DNA of 64,000 nt from positions 6,401-70,400 of the IMG/VR virus record IMGVR_UViG_3300046648_000324. One strand, 5' to 3'. The stretch is from a virus. The position numbers were made by a program, and so were the translations under genes. Position 1 is the first letter of the stretch; each line of letters begins with the position of its first letter. Below the pieces are notes generated by a model. That model was given only the letters and a program-made list of their open reading frames with translations. It was not told the origin of the DNA and did no database searches. Of this stretch, positions 54,398 to 63,443 are shown one piece after another.

Positions 54398-55374
54398 ATC
54401 GTCACCGCGGCGTTGGCGATGCCCCAGCGCACGTAGCCGGCGGTGTCGGCCACGGCCGGCTCGGCGCGCAGGGCGTCGCGCACGGTGACGATCTGGTACT
54501 CGACCGGCATGCGCTCGATGAACGGCAGCAGCTTGTCGAACTGCTTCTTGCCGGTGCGCGCGCCCAGCATCGTGGCCAGCGCGTACAGGGTGGCCATGTT
54601 GGCCGGCACCGGCACCGTGCTCGGGGCCGCGCTGATCTGCTCGAAGGTGGGCAGCTCGCGGTACACCTGCAGGTAGGCGGTCAGCTCGCCCGCGTGGCCG
54701 GCGCCGGTGGTGCCCTTGAGCAGCTCGTACTGCAGCTCGCCGTCGAGCCCGGCCTTGACGATCTCGTCGGCGAAGACGTTGGTGCGCGGGGTCGGGAACG
54801 CGCGCTCGGCGTAGTTGGGCGCGTGCAGCAGCTCGGGCCGGAAGCGCAGGAACGCCACCAGCAGCGGCGACACGCCGTTGGCCAGCGCCCACGCGGTCCA
54901 GTCGTCGTGGCTGACCTCGTAGTCGACGTGGATGAAGCGGTTGGCCAGCGCGGCCGGCATCCGGTTGACCACCGAGCGGTCGGTCTCGCGGTTGCCGGCC
55001 GCCACGATCGACCAGCCGGGCGGCAATACATAGTCGCCGATCTTGCCGGTCAGGGTCAGCTGCATGCCGGCGGCCTGGGTCGCCGGCGCCGCGCTGTTCA
55101 ATTCATCCATGAACAGGATGCCGTCGCCGCCGGTGGGCAGTTCGGCGTCGCGCAGGAACTCCATGGTCTTCATCTTCAGGTTCGGGATCGGGAAGCCCTT
55201 GATGTCGGTCGGGTCGCGCAGCGCCATCCGGAAGTCGACCAGGCGCAGCTTGTCTTCCTGGGCGATCTGGTCGACCACCTCGCTCTTGCCGACCCCGGGC
55301 GGGCCCCAGATGAACACGGCGCGGCGGTGCGCGCGCGCATAGCGCAGCGCGGGCTTGATCATGCTTGGTTTCAT
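54394..55374 (-). CDS. MoxR/dynein-related AAA+ ATPase
   Basis: Walker A 'GPPGVGKS', Walker B 'ILFMDE', 'AAGNR', 'ALANRF', 'FPTPR'. Confidence 0.92.
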   Translation of the reverse strand: MKPSMIKPALRYARAHRRAVFIWGPPGVGKSEVVDQIAQEDKLRLVDFRMALRDPTDIKGFPIPNLKMKTMEFLRDAELPTGGDGILFMDELNSAAPATQAAGMQLTLTGKIGDYVLPPGWSIVAAGNRETDRSVVNRMPAALANRFIHVDYEVSHDDWTAWALANGVSPLLVAFLRFRPELLHAPNYAERAFPTPRTNVFADEIVKAGLDGELQYELLKGTTGAGHAGELTAYLQVYRELPTFEQISAAPSTVPVPANMATLYALATMLGARTGKKQFDKLLPFIERMPVEYQIVTVRDALRAEPAVADTAGYVRWGIANAAVTM

Positions 55375-55521
55375 GTTGTTCCCTCCAAGGAACGGTTGGT
55401 CAAACAGCGACGCCGCCACGCTACCACGTGGCGGCGTTTTTCACTGGCGCCGCGCATTTCAACAAATGCTGAAACGCCGCTAGCCAGTGAAATCGACGGT
55501 ACGGGGATACGTATCCTGTGC

Positions 55522-55692
55522 TCAGCCCCGGCGCAGCAGCGCCCAGGCCAGCGCGCGCGCGCGCACCTTGGCGCGCCGGCGCGCGTGCAGCGCGGCCAGC
55601 AGCGCCTGGGTCTCGGCCCACACCACATCCTCGGCGTGCGCCAGGCGGCGCCGCAGCGCCCAGCGGCGCAGCGCGCGCAGCGCGGCGTTCAT
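55522..55692 (-). CDS. Small Arg/Ala-rich protein
   Basis: ATGA overlap; 56 aa. Confidence 0.45.
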   Translation of the reverse strand: MNAALRALRRWALRRRLAHAEDVVWAETQALLAALHARRRAKVRARALAWALLRRG

Positions 55693-56300
55693 GCCGCGCT
55701 CCAGTCGATGCGGCCGCCGTGCCAGGGGCCGGGCGGCGGCGCGGATGGCGCCGGTGCCGGGTCCGGTTGCTCGTCCGCGGCCGGCGCGCGCGGCGTGCCC
55801 AGCCCGGCCTCGCCGAACAGCGCCGCCACCAGCGGGTCGCGCCGCGCCGGGCCGTCGGGCAGGCGCTTGGGGCGGAACGGGATGTCGTCGGCGATCAGGT
55901 GCACGCCGTCCGGCAGGGCGGCGCCGCGCTGGGTGCTGCGGCCGCCGTCGCGGCGCACCCCGCGCCGGCGGCCGTTGGCGCTCTGGGCGCGCGCGTGCGC
56001 CAGCCAGGCCAGGGCCAGCTCCAGGCTGTCGACCTGGAACCGGCGCGAACCGCTGGCGTCGCCGCCGTGCAGGGTGCGCACCACGCCGTGGCTGACCAAG
56101 AGCCGCGTGTACTTGCGCCCGCCCGAGGGCGAGAACGCCAGGAAGTGGGCGACCTCGAGCTGGTCCATCGGGCCCTCGGCCAGGCGCCGCAGCAGGCGCT
56201 CGGCGGCGGCCAGGGTGCCCGGGGTCAGCGCGCCCAGCGCCGGCGGCGCCTTGGGCGGTGCGGTCATCAGCTTGATGCTGCGGATTGGCGTGGGCATCAT
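55689..56300 (-). CDS. wHTH-like protein with 'RRDPLVAALFG' motif
   Basis: Coupled to the primase stop; HTH-like 'EVAHFLAFSPSGGRKYTRLL'. Confidence 0.6.
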   Translation of the reverse strand: MMPTPIRSIKLMTAPPKAPPALGALTPGTLAAAERLLRRLAEGPMDQLEVAHFLAFSPSGGRKYTRLLVSHGVVRTLHGGDASGSRRFQVDSLELALAWLAHARAQSANGRRRGVRRDGGRSTQRGAALPDGVHLIADDIPFRPKRLPDGPARRDPLVAALFGEAGLGTPRAPAADEQPDPAPAPSAPPPGPWHGGRIDWSAA

Positions 56301-58657
56301 TTCACCGCTTTCAGGGAAGGGACGGCCGCGCTGGGGGCCGGGGCCAGCGCCGCGGCGTAGCCGGGGAAGGCGCCGACGTCGCGCCAGGTGGTCTGCAGCC
56401 CGTACACCGCCTTGTTGTCGACCCACACCTTGGTGGTGTGGATCCGGTGGTGCTTGAGCAGCGAGGTGAACTTGTTGGGGCTGTCCGGGATGTTGCCGAT
56501 CGCGTACTGGAACAGGGTGCGCAGCTCGTCGCGCGAGATGTTGCAGGCGCCGTCGGCGCGGGTCCGTGCCAGCAGGCTGGCCAGCACCTCGCTGTAGGCC
56601 TCGACCTTGTTGTACTCGAGCGCGTTGCTCTGGTAGGCGCGGGTGGTCGGCAGCAGGTCCACGAAGAACTCGAAGTTGCCTTTTAATAGCTGGCTGCCGA
56701 CGGTGTCGAGCGACGACTGGCTCAGTGAAATCATCTGGCTGCGCTCGAGCGACTCGGCCGGGGTGGTGGCGCGCGCGGCGTCGACCGGGTAGGCGGCCAG
56801 GTAGTCGTGGAACCGCTGCAGCTCGGCCGGGATGAGGCGCTCGATCTCGTCGCTGGTGATGACCAGCTTGTGTTCCTGGTAGCGCCCGGTGTTGAAGCGG
56901 CGGTCGTCGGGGTCGATCGCGACCGGGCTGGCCTGGTTCGACGCGAACAGCCACGAACTGTGGTTGCGCACTTCGCGCGCCGCCGCGTACATCGCGCGCA
57001 CCGTGATGTATTCCTCGGTGATGAAGTTCTTCAGGTTGGCCATCACGCCGCGTTCGTTGACCAGCGCGCGCGGCTCGATCTCGTCGACGAACACCAGGAA
57101 GCAGCGCTCGAGGTAGGCGTTGTACGGCTCGTTGAGGTCCTCGGCGCGGCGCGCCGCGGTTTGCTGGTGGCCGAACAGCGGGCGCAGCACCTTGTTCATC
57201 AGGATCCCCTTGCCGGTGCCGGGCACCCCGTGCAGGATCCAGGCGGTGCGCGCGCGGTCGCGCGTCTGCAAAATAAAGGCTAACCAGTTCACGAAGCGCT
57301 CGGTGGTGGCCGCGTCGCTGCCCAGCACATGGTGCAGCAGGCGGCCGATGGTGGGCGGGCAGGCGCTCACCGGCTTGGGCGGCTTCGGGGTCTGCATGTA
57401 GACGCTGGGCTGGAACAGGTTGACCAGGCGCTGGGCCGGGTCGACCCGCACCGTGGCCTGGGGGTCGAACAGCAAGTCCCATTCGGGGATGAAGTCGCCC
57501 AGCGGCATGCCGTGCTGCTTGGCGAAGTGGCGCACCTGGGTCTCGTTCCGGGCCAGGTACAGGTCGAGGTAGTCGTCGGCGGCGTCGTAGGTGCCGCGCC
57601 AGTAGAGCCCGGTGTTGCGGTCGCAGAACGCCAGGTAGGTCACCCCGGCGGAACTGGTGCGCAGCGCCTGCCGGTTCAGCTGCTGCCAGTATTCGGGCAG
57701 CAGTTCCTTGGTGATGTAGGCCGGCTCGCCCTTGAAGTTGTGGATGAACTCGGGGTTGTCCTCGGGGTGGTAGTAGCCCCACGAGTCGCCGCCGTTGAGG
57801 TTGAAGTAGACGAAGCCGCGCTCGGCTTTCATCGAGCTGATCAGGCAGGCGTCGGGCTTGGCCAGCACCTCGGTGGCGCCGTGCATCTTGTATACGGTCT
57901 TCCGCGGCGGGAACCCGAGGGTCGCGCGCAGCTCGGCGGTGCGGGCGTCGGTCAGCGCCCGGTTCTGCGCGGTCGAGGCGACCACGGCTGGCACGGCCAG
58001 GCTCGGTTTGGCGCGCCGCACATGGCTGATCCGTGGGCGGCCGGCCAGCGGGTCGGCCATGCCGGCCAGCACCGGCGGCGCGATGTACAGCAGCTTGTCG
58101 TTCTGGCAGGCGCTGATGTCGAGTGGCCAGCGGATCGCGTTGCCGGTGCGGGTCAGCGCCATCGCGTTCTTGAGCAGCGGGGTCGCGTGGTTGAGCTGGA
58201 CCAGCCATTGCTTGAGCAGCAGCGCCGGCATCGGGGCGGCCAGCAGCATGAACACGTGGGCGCGCAGGTCGCTGTTCTCGATCCCGTACGAGGCGCTCCA
58301 CTGGACGATGTACGAGGTGTCCTCGAACCCCAGGGCTTTGAGCAACGGGTCGACCTCGGCCACGCCGGCCAGGCCGTCGATGTCGAATACCAGCCACTCG
58401 GTGTCGGCGTTGGCGTCGGTGCTGCCGGCGCGCGACTCCTTAATGAGGGGCCGGGTCGGGTTGCCCTTGAGCAGGCAGTGGCCCCTGGCCGCGTGTTTCT
58501 GCAGCAGGCGCGCCATCGCCGCCAGGTCGGGGGCGTGCTCCTCGATGCTGGTGACCTCGTACACGTGCGGGTAGGACGACTTGGTCAGGCTGCCGTCTTG
58601 GGCGCGCTGGTACGACTTGGTGAGCGGCAGCGGGGCCGCCAGGAACGTCAGTTTCAT
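56297..58657 (-). CDS. Primase-helicase (prim-pol N-terminus plus DUF5906/SF3-like helicase)
   Basis: 'WLVFDID', 'RAHVF'; Walker A 'GVPGTGKG', Walker B 'VFVDE', 'FASN', 'DDRRF'. Confidence 0.88.
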   Translation of the reverse strand: MKLTFLAAPLPLTKSYQRAQDGSLTKSSYPHVYEVTSIEEHAPDLAAMARLLQKHAARGHCLLKGNPTRPLIKESRAGSTDANADTEWLVFDIDGLAGVAEVDPLLKALGFEDTSYIVQWSASYGIENSDLRAHVFMLLAAPMPALLLKQWLVQLNHATPLLKNAMALTRTGNAIRWPLDISACQNDKLLYIAPPVLAGMADPLAGRPRISHVRRAKPSLAVPAVVASTAQNRALTDARTAELRATLGFPPRKTVYKMHGATEVLAKPDACLISSMKAERGFVYFNLNGGDSWGYYHPEDNPEFIHNFKGEPAYITKELLPEYWQQLNRQALRTSSAGVTYLAFCDRNTGLYWRGTYDAADDYLDLYLARNETQVRHFAKQHGMPLGDFIPEWDLLFDPQATVRVDPAQRLVNLFQPSVYMQTPKPPKPVSACPPTIGRLLHHVLGSDAATTERFVNWLAFILQTRDRARTAWILHGVPGTGKGILMNKVLRPLFGHQQTAARRAEDLNEPYNAYLERCFLVFVDEIEPRALVNERGVMANLKNFITEEYITVRAMYAAAREVRNHSSWLFASNQASPVAIDPDDRRFNTGRYQEHKLVITSDEIERLIPAELQRFHDYLAAYPVDAARATTPAESLERSQMISLSQSSLDTVGSQLLKGNFEFFVDLLPTTRAYQSNALEYNKVEAYSEVLASLLARTRADGACNISRDELRTLFQYAIGNIPDSPNKFTSLLKHHRIHTTKVWVDNKAVYGLQTTWRDVGAFPGYAAALAPAPSAAVPSLKAVK

Positions 58658-58659
58658 CG

Positions 58660-58915
58660 GAAGGTCCAGACGGGGAAAGTGAGCGATTATTCTACGACAG
58701 ATTGTAGAGCCTGTTAGATCTAATTTTCCAGCCCACAGATGCAGAAGACCGGCAGGTGATCGGAAGACCTAAGTGCTTGATCTCTATACCCTTCTTCTAT
58801 TCTTCTATTCTTCTAACTAACTAACTAAGAAGAAGAAGAGAAGAGAGAGGAGAGAGAGTATATATATATAAGGGAGGTTTTCCGGAATGGAATGGAAGAT
58901 CGGAAGACGGCTTTT
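58660..58915. other. Putative lytic replication origin
   Basis: Non-coding and AT-rich; GGAAG(A/G)-containing repeats, (TTCTTCTA)n, (CTAA)n, a polypurine tract and (TA)6; next to the primase gene. Confidence 0.55.
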
Positions 58916-59011
58916 TCAGGCGCCGCGCGGCGTATTCATCCTTGGTCCCTGGCGCGGCAAACACCCAGCGCCTGCGGTGCCCGTGGGGGTCCGCAGGCGC
59001 TGGGGAGCGCG

Positions 59012-60406
59012 TCAGTCAGGAGCGGGCTTGCGCGCTTGCAGCTCTTCCGGCGTCGGCGGCGGCGCGCGGCGCATGGTTGGCGCCGCCGGCGCGGGCGGGG
59101 TGGTTGGCAGCGCGACCCGGATGTCGTGCCGGCTGTCGAGGCGCTTCTGCTCGAACGCTGCCTGCACCTCGGCGGTCTTGAACGCGGCTTCGATCTCGAG
59201 GCACATGTGGGCCGCGACCTGCCCCAGCTGGCCGAGGCGGGTGTAGTCGACGTCGCGCGACAGCGATTCGACGCTGGTCGCCTTGCATACCTGGTTGAAC
59301 GCCATCGTGCTGAAGCGGTACTGCATGTACAGCGGGATCTCGTGCCACACCTCGTCGGTCAGCGGCTCGGGCCTGGTGTCTTGCAGGGTCTGCAGCACGT
59401 AGGCCCGTTCGGCCGCGAACGCGACCTTGTCCTGCTCGCTGCGCACGGCGGCGATGCGCGCCTTGTCGGCCATGATCCGTCCCAGCGCCGGGTTGTCCGG
59501 CCCCAGCACCTGCAGCTGCAGCGCGTGATAGGCCTCGGCCAGCCCCGCGTTGGGGCCGCCCTCCTGGATCTGGTGCAGGATCTCGTGCGGCATGCGCACC
59601 GGCCAGCGGTCGGCGAACTGGAACGTGGCGCGCTGTTCGTAGAGCATGTGCATGTAGACTCCGGCCAGCGGCTTGGCGTCGAACGGCGGCAGCGCCACGT
59701 AGCCGAGTTCCTCGGTCCGGTCGCGCTCGCGCTCCTGGTCGAACAGCGCCTGGTATTTGCCGAGCACGTCGATGTCGGCGGCAGGCGCCTGTGGCTGGTT
59801 GGCGTTGCGCAGTTCGCGCCGCAGCTGGCTGATGACGGCGAAGCCGAGGCTCATCGAGATCGCATTGCGCGCGAGGTAGGCGCCGATCGGCGACAGCGGC
59901 TCGAGCTCGTCGATGTAGTCGATCACGTTGTAGAGCAGCATGCTCGACGTCGCCGCGGGTGCCAGCGCGGCGGCGGCGGCGTCGCCCGCGTGCGCGATGT
60001 AGTCCTTGGTGGCCAGCCCCATTTCGATGAGGCGCGCGGGGCGTTCGTCGTCCGGCCACGCGACGCGGTGGCTGGCCACGTTGTGGCGCCGTTCGTCGGC
60101 CGGGGCGGGCAGGCTGGTGCCGTCGGCCCCCAGCACCGGGCGCTCGGCCGCGGGCGGCGGGTCGCTGCGCGGCTCGGTGTGCTGGGCCACGCCGTCGGCG
60201 GCCAGCGGCGGCAGGGTGGGTGGTCGGGGGGTGCGGCTGCTGCGCTTGGTGGCTTTGGTGGCCATGGCGGGTTCCTCGTCAGGTGGGGATTGTTCGGCGG
60301 CGATCAGTTGCGCCAGTGGGTCTTGCAGGTCGCTGCGCTCGGGGTCGATCAGGGCGGCGGCGGGCAGCGCCGCGTTCGGGTCGGAATCGTCGGGTGTAGT
60401 GGTCAT
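59012..60406 (-). CDS. Hypothetical protein (464 aa)
   Basis: AAGGAG RBS; consistent codon usage. Confidence 0.75.
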   Translation of the reverse strand: MTTTPDDSDPNAALPAAALIDPERSDLQDPLAQLIAAEQSPPDEEPAMATKATKRSSRTPRPPTLPPLAADGVAQHTEPRSDPPPAAERPVLGADGTSLPAPADERRHNVASHRVAWPDDERPARLIEMGLATKDYIAHAGDAAAAALAPAATSSMLLYNVIDYIDELEPLSPIGAYLARNAISMSLGFAVISQLRRELRNANQPQAPAADIDVLGKYQALFDQERERDRTEELGYVALPPFDAKPLAGVYMHMLYEQRATFQFADRWPVRMPHEILHQIQEGGPNAGLAEAYHALQLQVLGPDNPALGRIMADKARIAAVRSEQDKVAFAAERAYVLQTLQDTRPEPLTDEVWHEIPLYMQYRFSTMAFNQVCKATSVESLSRDVDYTRLGQLGQVAAHMCLEIEAAFKTAEVQAAFEQKRLDSRHDIRVALPTTPPAPAAPTMRRAPPPTPEELQARKPAPD

Positions 60407-60464
60407 GCTGGGCTCCTTCAGGGTGAACCGCGCGCAGCGGGGGTGCGGCGCGCGGGTGCGGCGG

Positions 60465-61523
60465 TTACTGCTCAGGGCGTAGCGCCGGGCTGGTCAGCGG
60501 CATGCCGCTGACGCAGGCGGCCAGTTCGGCGTTGTTGTCGGCCAGGCACATGCTGGTCTCGCCGGCGTCGACGTGGCCTTGCTGGCGCTCGCGCAGGCAG
60601 TGCATGGCGGCGGCCAGGAACCGGCTGTTGCACAGTTCCTTGATCACGTCCGGCACGAACGGCGGTGGCGGGTCGGCGGTGCAGGTGTCGGGCAGCAGCT
60701 TGCACCAGTCGAGCGGCTTGGGTTGCGGCGGCTGGGCCGGGTCGGCCCCGGGCACGGGGGGCGTGAGCGCGCAGTGCAGCACGAAGCCGATCAGGCGGCA
60801 GGTCAGCGACACTTCCTTTTGCAGCAGGGGCGGCGGCGGGTCGTTGCTGCCGCTGCCCGGTTCAACGGCGCTGCCACCGCCGCTGGCACCGCCATTGTCG
60901 GGCGTGGCGCCGCCGGGCCCGGATTCGGTGCCGGGCTGCGGCTGGCCGGATTGGTCGGTGTAGGGCGGCGGGTCCGAGTATTCGGTCTGCATGCGCTGGC
61001 CGCCTCTGGGGTCGGGCTCGACGGTGGCGCTGGCGGCGGCGCCGTTTGGCGGCTTGCTGCGGCTGCTGCGCGGGCGCGCAGCGGTCGCCTGCAGGCTGCT
61101 GGCATCGCCGCGCAGGGTGGCCTCGGTCAGGCGGCTCTGGGCGTCGGCCAGCATCGCGTTGAACAGGCCGACCAGCGCCATTTCGCTGTCGGAGAATGGC
61201 TTGGCGGGGTCACCGTCGCGGTAGAACAGCGACAGCTGGGTGGCGCCGTCGGCGGCCGTGACCAGGATTGGCACCACGCCCGGCAGCGAGGCCACCGGCA
61301 GCAGGTCGAGGCAGGTCTTGGGCAGGATCGGGCTGACCGCGCAGTAGCGCCAGAAGCCGTCGGCCTGTTCCAGTCCGCTGATCACGCCGTTGCCAGCGAG
61401 CGGGTGCGGGGCGCTGGCGCCGTGCGGCAGGGTCATGCTGCTGCGGGTCTGGGCCGGGGCGGCGCTGCTGGCGAGCAGGGTCAGCGCGGCCAGGCTGGCG
61501 CGCGCGAGGGGATGCAGGTTCAT
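60465..61523 (-). CDS. Secreted Cys/Pro-rich protein
   Basis: Signal peptide 'MNLHPLARASLAALTLLASSAAPA'; paired cysteines; low-complexity linker. Confidence 0.65.
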   Translation of the reverse strand: MNLHPLARASLAALTLLASSAAPAQTRSSMTLPHGASAPHPLAGNGVISGLEQADGFWRYCAVSPILPKTCLDLLPVASLPGVVPILVTAADGATQLSLFYRDGDPAKPFSDSEMALVGLFNAMLADAQSRLTEATLRGDASSLQATAARPRSSRSKPPNGAAASATVEPDPRGGQRMQTEYSDPPPYTDQSGQPQPGTESGPGGATPDNGGASGGGSAVEPGSGSNDPPPPLLQKEVSLTCRLIGFVLHCALTPPVPGADPAQPPQPKPLDWCKLLPDTCTADPPPPFVPDVIKELCNSRFLAAAMHCLRERQQGHVDAGETSMCLADNNAELAACVSGMPLTSPALRPEQ

Positions 61524-61610
61524 ACGGGGTTCCTTTCGGTTGGTGGTCCGGGATGGACCACGCCACGCAGGCATGAAGCCCACGCCCCGGGGTGGGGGCG
61601 TGGGCCAAGG

Positions 61611-62042
61611 TCAGTCGAGCTCGTTGCGCTGGGCGCGGCGCAGGGTCGCGCTCATCGACTCGAACAGCACCGCCTGGTGCGCGGCCACCTGCAGCCGCGA
61701 GATCACTGCGTGCGCGGCCAGCGGCGCCAGGTGCGCGTGCAGCCAGTCGCGCAGGTCGTCGGAGGCGGCGCGCGGCAGGTCGCGCACCGGCACCACCGCG
61801 ACGTGGATGGTCAGGAGCTGGCCTGTGCTGTCCAGTTCATAGCTGATCTGCTCGTTGGCGGCGAAGGTCAGTGCCAGCCAGGTCTGCATGCCGGGCGCGG
61901 GTTCGGGTTCGTCGTGCAGGCGGATCGGTCCGGCGTCCTCGAGCATGCGGTCGCGTTCGGCGTTGCTGGCGCCGTCGGCCTCGCCGATCGGTGCGTAGCG
62001 GGCGGCGCGCGGCGTGGCGCGGTGGTCGGGGTCTTTGCTCAT
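61611..62042 (-). CDS. Hypothetical protein
   Basis: AAGGA RBS. Confidence 0.65.
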   Translation of the reverse strand: MSKDPDHRATPRAARYAPIGEADGASNAERDRMLEDAGPIRLHDEPEPAPGMQTWLALTFAANEQISYELDSTGQLLTIHVAVVPVRDLPRAASDDLRDWLHAHLAPLAAHAVISRLQVAAHQAVLFESMSATLRRAQRNELD

Positions 62043-62392
62043 GGTGATTTCCTTGCAGGTTGGGTGGAAGGGAAAGCGGCGTGGAAGCGGTTGAACCAGC
62101 CCGCCTTGTAGTAGCGGCGGCGGCTGGCGGGGTCGTGCGCGAAGTGGCCGAACAGCAGCCGGAACACGAACAGAATTGCTGAAATGAACAATGCAGCCAG
62201 GGCGGCGACCATGGTCCCACTAAAGGAGCCGCCGTGAATCAGGACCAAGGCGCCCGCAATGGCGCAGTCGACCTTGACCGGATGGCTCAGGATCTCGAGC
62301 CGCGCGCGCCAGCTGCATTTCCAGAACGTGAACAGAAAACCGAGCGCGACCAGCCCGGCGAACAGCAGCGTGCCCTGCAGTTCAACGCCCAT
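62039..62392 (-). CDS. Membrane protein (about 3 TM)
   Basis: GGAGG RBS; 'IHGGSFSGTMVAALAAL'. Confidence 0.7.
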   Translation of the reverse strand: MGVELQGTLLFAGLVALGFLFTFWKCSWRARLEILSHPVKVDCAIAGALVLIHGGSFSGTMVAALAALFISAILFVFRLLFGHFAHDPASRRRYYKAGWFNRFHAAFPSTQPARKSP

Positions 62393-62512
62393 GCGGGCCT
62401 CCGTAAGGTGGGGTGAGGGATTGCCGCGCAACCCGGCGCCCCTGTGGCATAGGGGTTCAGCGTCGGGTCGGCGGGCAAGCCGAAGCCGGGCGCAGGGCCC
62501 GGCAGGCTGCGG

Positions 62513-62995
62513 CTACGGACGCGGCTTGGGATCGGCGGTGAACGCCCACGCCACCGCGTTGCGGGTGTCGGCCAGGTCGCGGTCGACCTTGTACGACAGG
62601 AAGTAGGCGGCCGCCTTGAGCAGCAGCTTGCTGCCGAAGTACACCGACAGCAGCGCGCCGATCCACCATGCGGCGTTGATCAGGAACGCCGAGGCCGTCA
62701 TGGTGGCGGCGGCCGCCATGAAGCCGCCGCAGATGGCGGCGCCGACCGGCGACAGCACCACCGCACCGGCCACCACCACGGCCAGGGTCAGCAGGATGCG
62801 GCGCCAGCTGGGCAGGCGAAAGCCCGCCTCGTTGAGCCAGCCGCCGAAGCCGCCGCCGCCGGGGAAGCGGAAGCCGGGATCGTTGGGCGGGGTCGGCGGC
62901 GCACTGGCGGCGCGCGGCGGCTCCGGGATGAACTGCTTGTCGGGGCTGCTGGCGGCGTTGCGCTTGGCTTCGGCGGCATAGTCTTCTGGGGTCAT
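62513..62995 (-). CDS. Membrane protein
   Basis: AAGGAG RBS; 2-3 hydrophobic helices. Confidence 0.65.
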   Translation of the reverse strand: MTPEDYAAEAKRNAASSPDKQFIPEPPRAASAPPTPPNDPGFRFPGGGGFGGWLNEAGFRLPSWRRILLTLAVVVAGAVVLSPVGAAICGGFMAAAATMTASAFLINAAWWIGALLSVYFGSKLLLKAAAYFLSYKVDRDLADTRNAVAWAFTADPKPRP

Positions 62996-63099
62996 CGCAA
63001 AACTCCTTGGTTAAGTGAATGAAACAACGGGACAACATCAACGCAGGCATGACGCGCGCGCCCCGGGGTTGGGCGCGCGCTGCGTGCTGCGTACTGGGC

Positions 63100-63366
63100 C
63101 TAGTGCAGGGTGCGCGGCGGCCACACGTCCCAGATGTCGCTGCCGTCGGCGGCCAGCGGCGTGGCGATGTGGACGTCGCGCGCGGCGGCGCGCTGCTCGG
63201 CCGCGGTGAGCAGGCGCTGCTGGTGGGCGGCGTCGCGCGCCGCTTCCAGCAGGTCGACCACGGCGAGCAGGCGCTGCACGTGGGCGTGGTCGTGCGCGGT
63301 GCAGATCAGGGCGCCGAGGTAGCCGTCCTTGAGCACGTGGCCGGTGGCGCGGTAGGTGAGGGTCAT
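63100..63366 (-). CDS. Hypothetical protein
   Basis: AAGGAG RBS; MTLTYRATGH... Confidence 0.6.
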   Translation of the reverse strand: MTLTYRATGHVLKDGYLGALICTAHDHAHVQRLLAVVDLLEAARDAAHQQRLLTAAEQRAAARDVHIATPLAADGSDIWDVWPPRTLH

Positions 63367-63443
63367 GCTGATCTCCTTCGGTGGTGGAATGTATGAACGC
63401 AGGCATGAGTGCGCGCCCCGGTGTTGGGGGCGCGCACTCGCAC

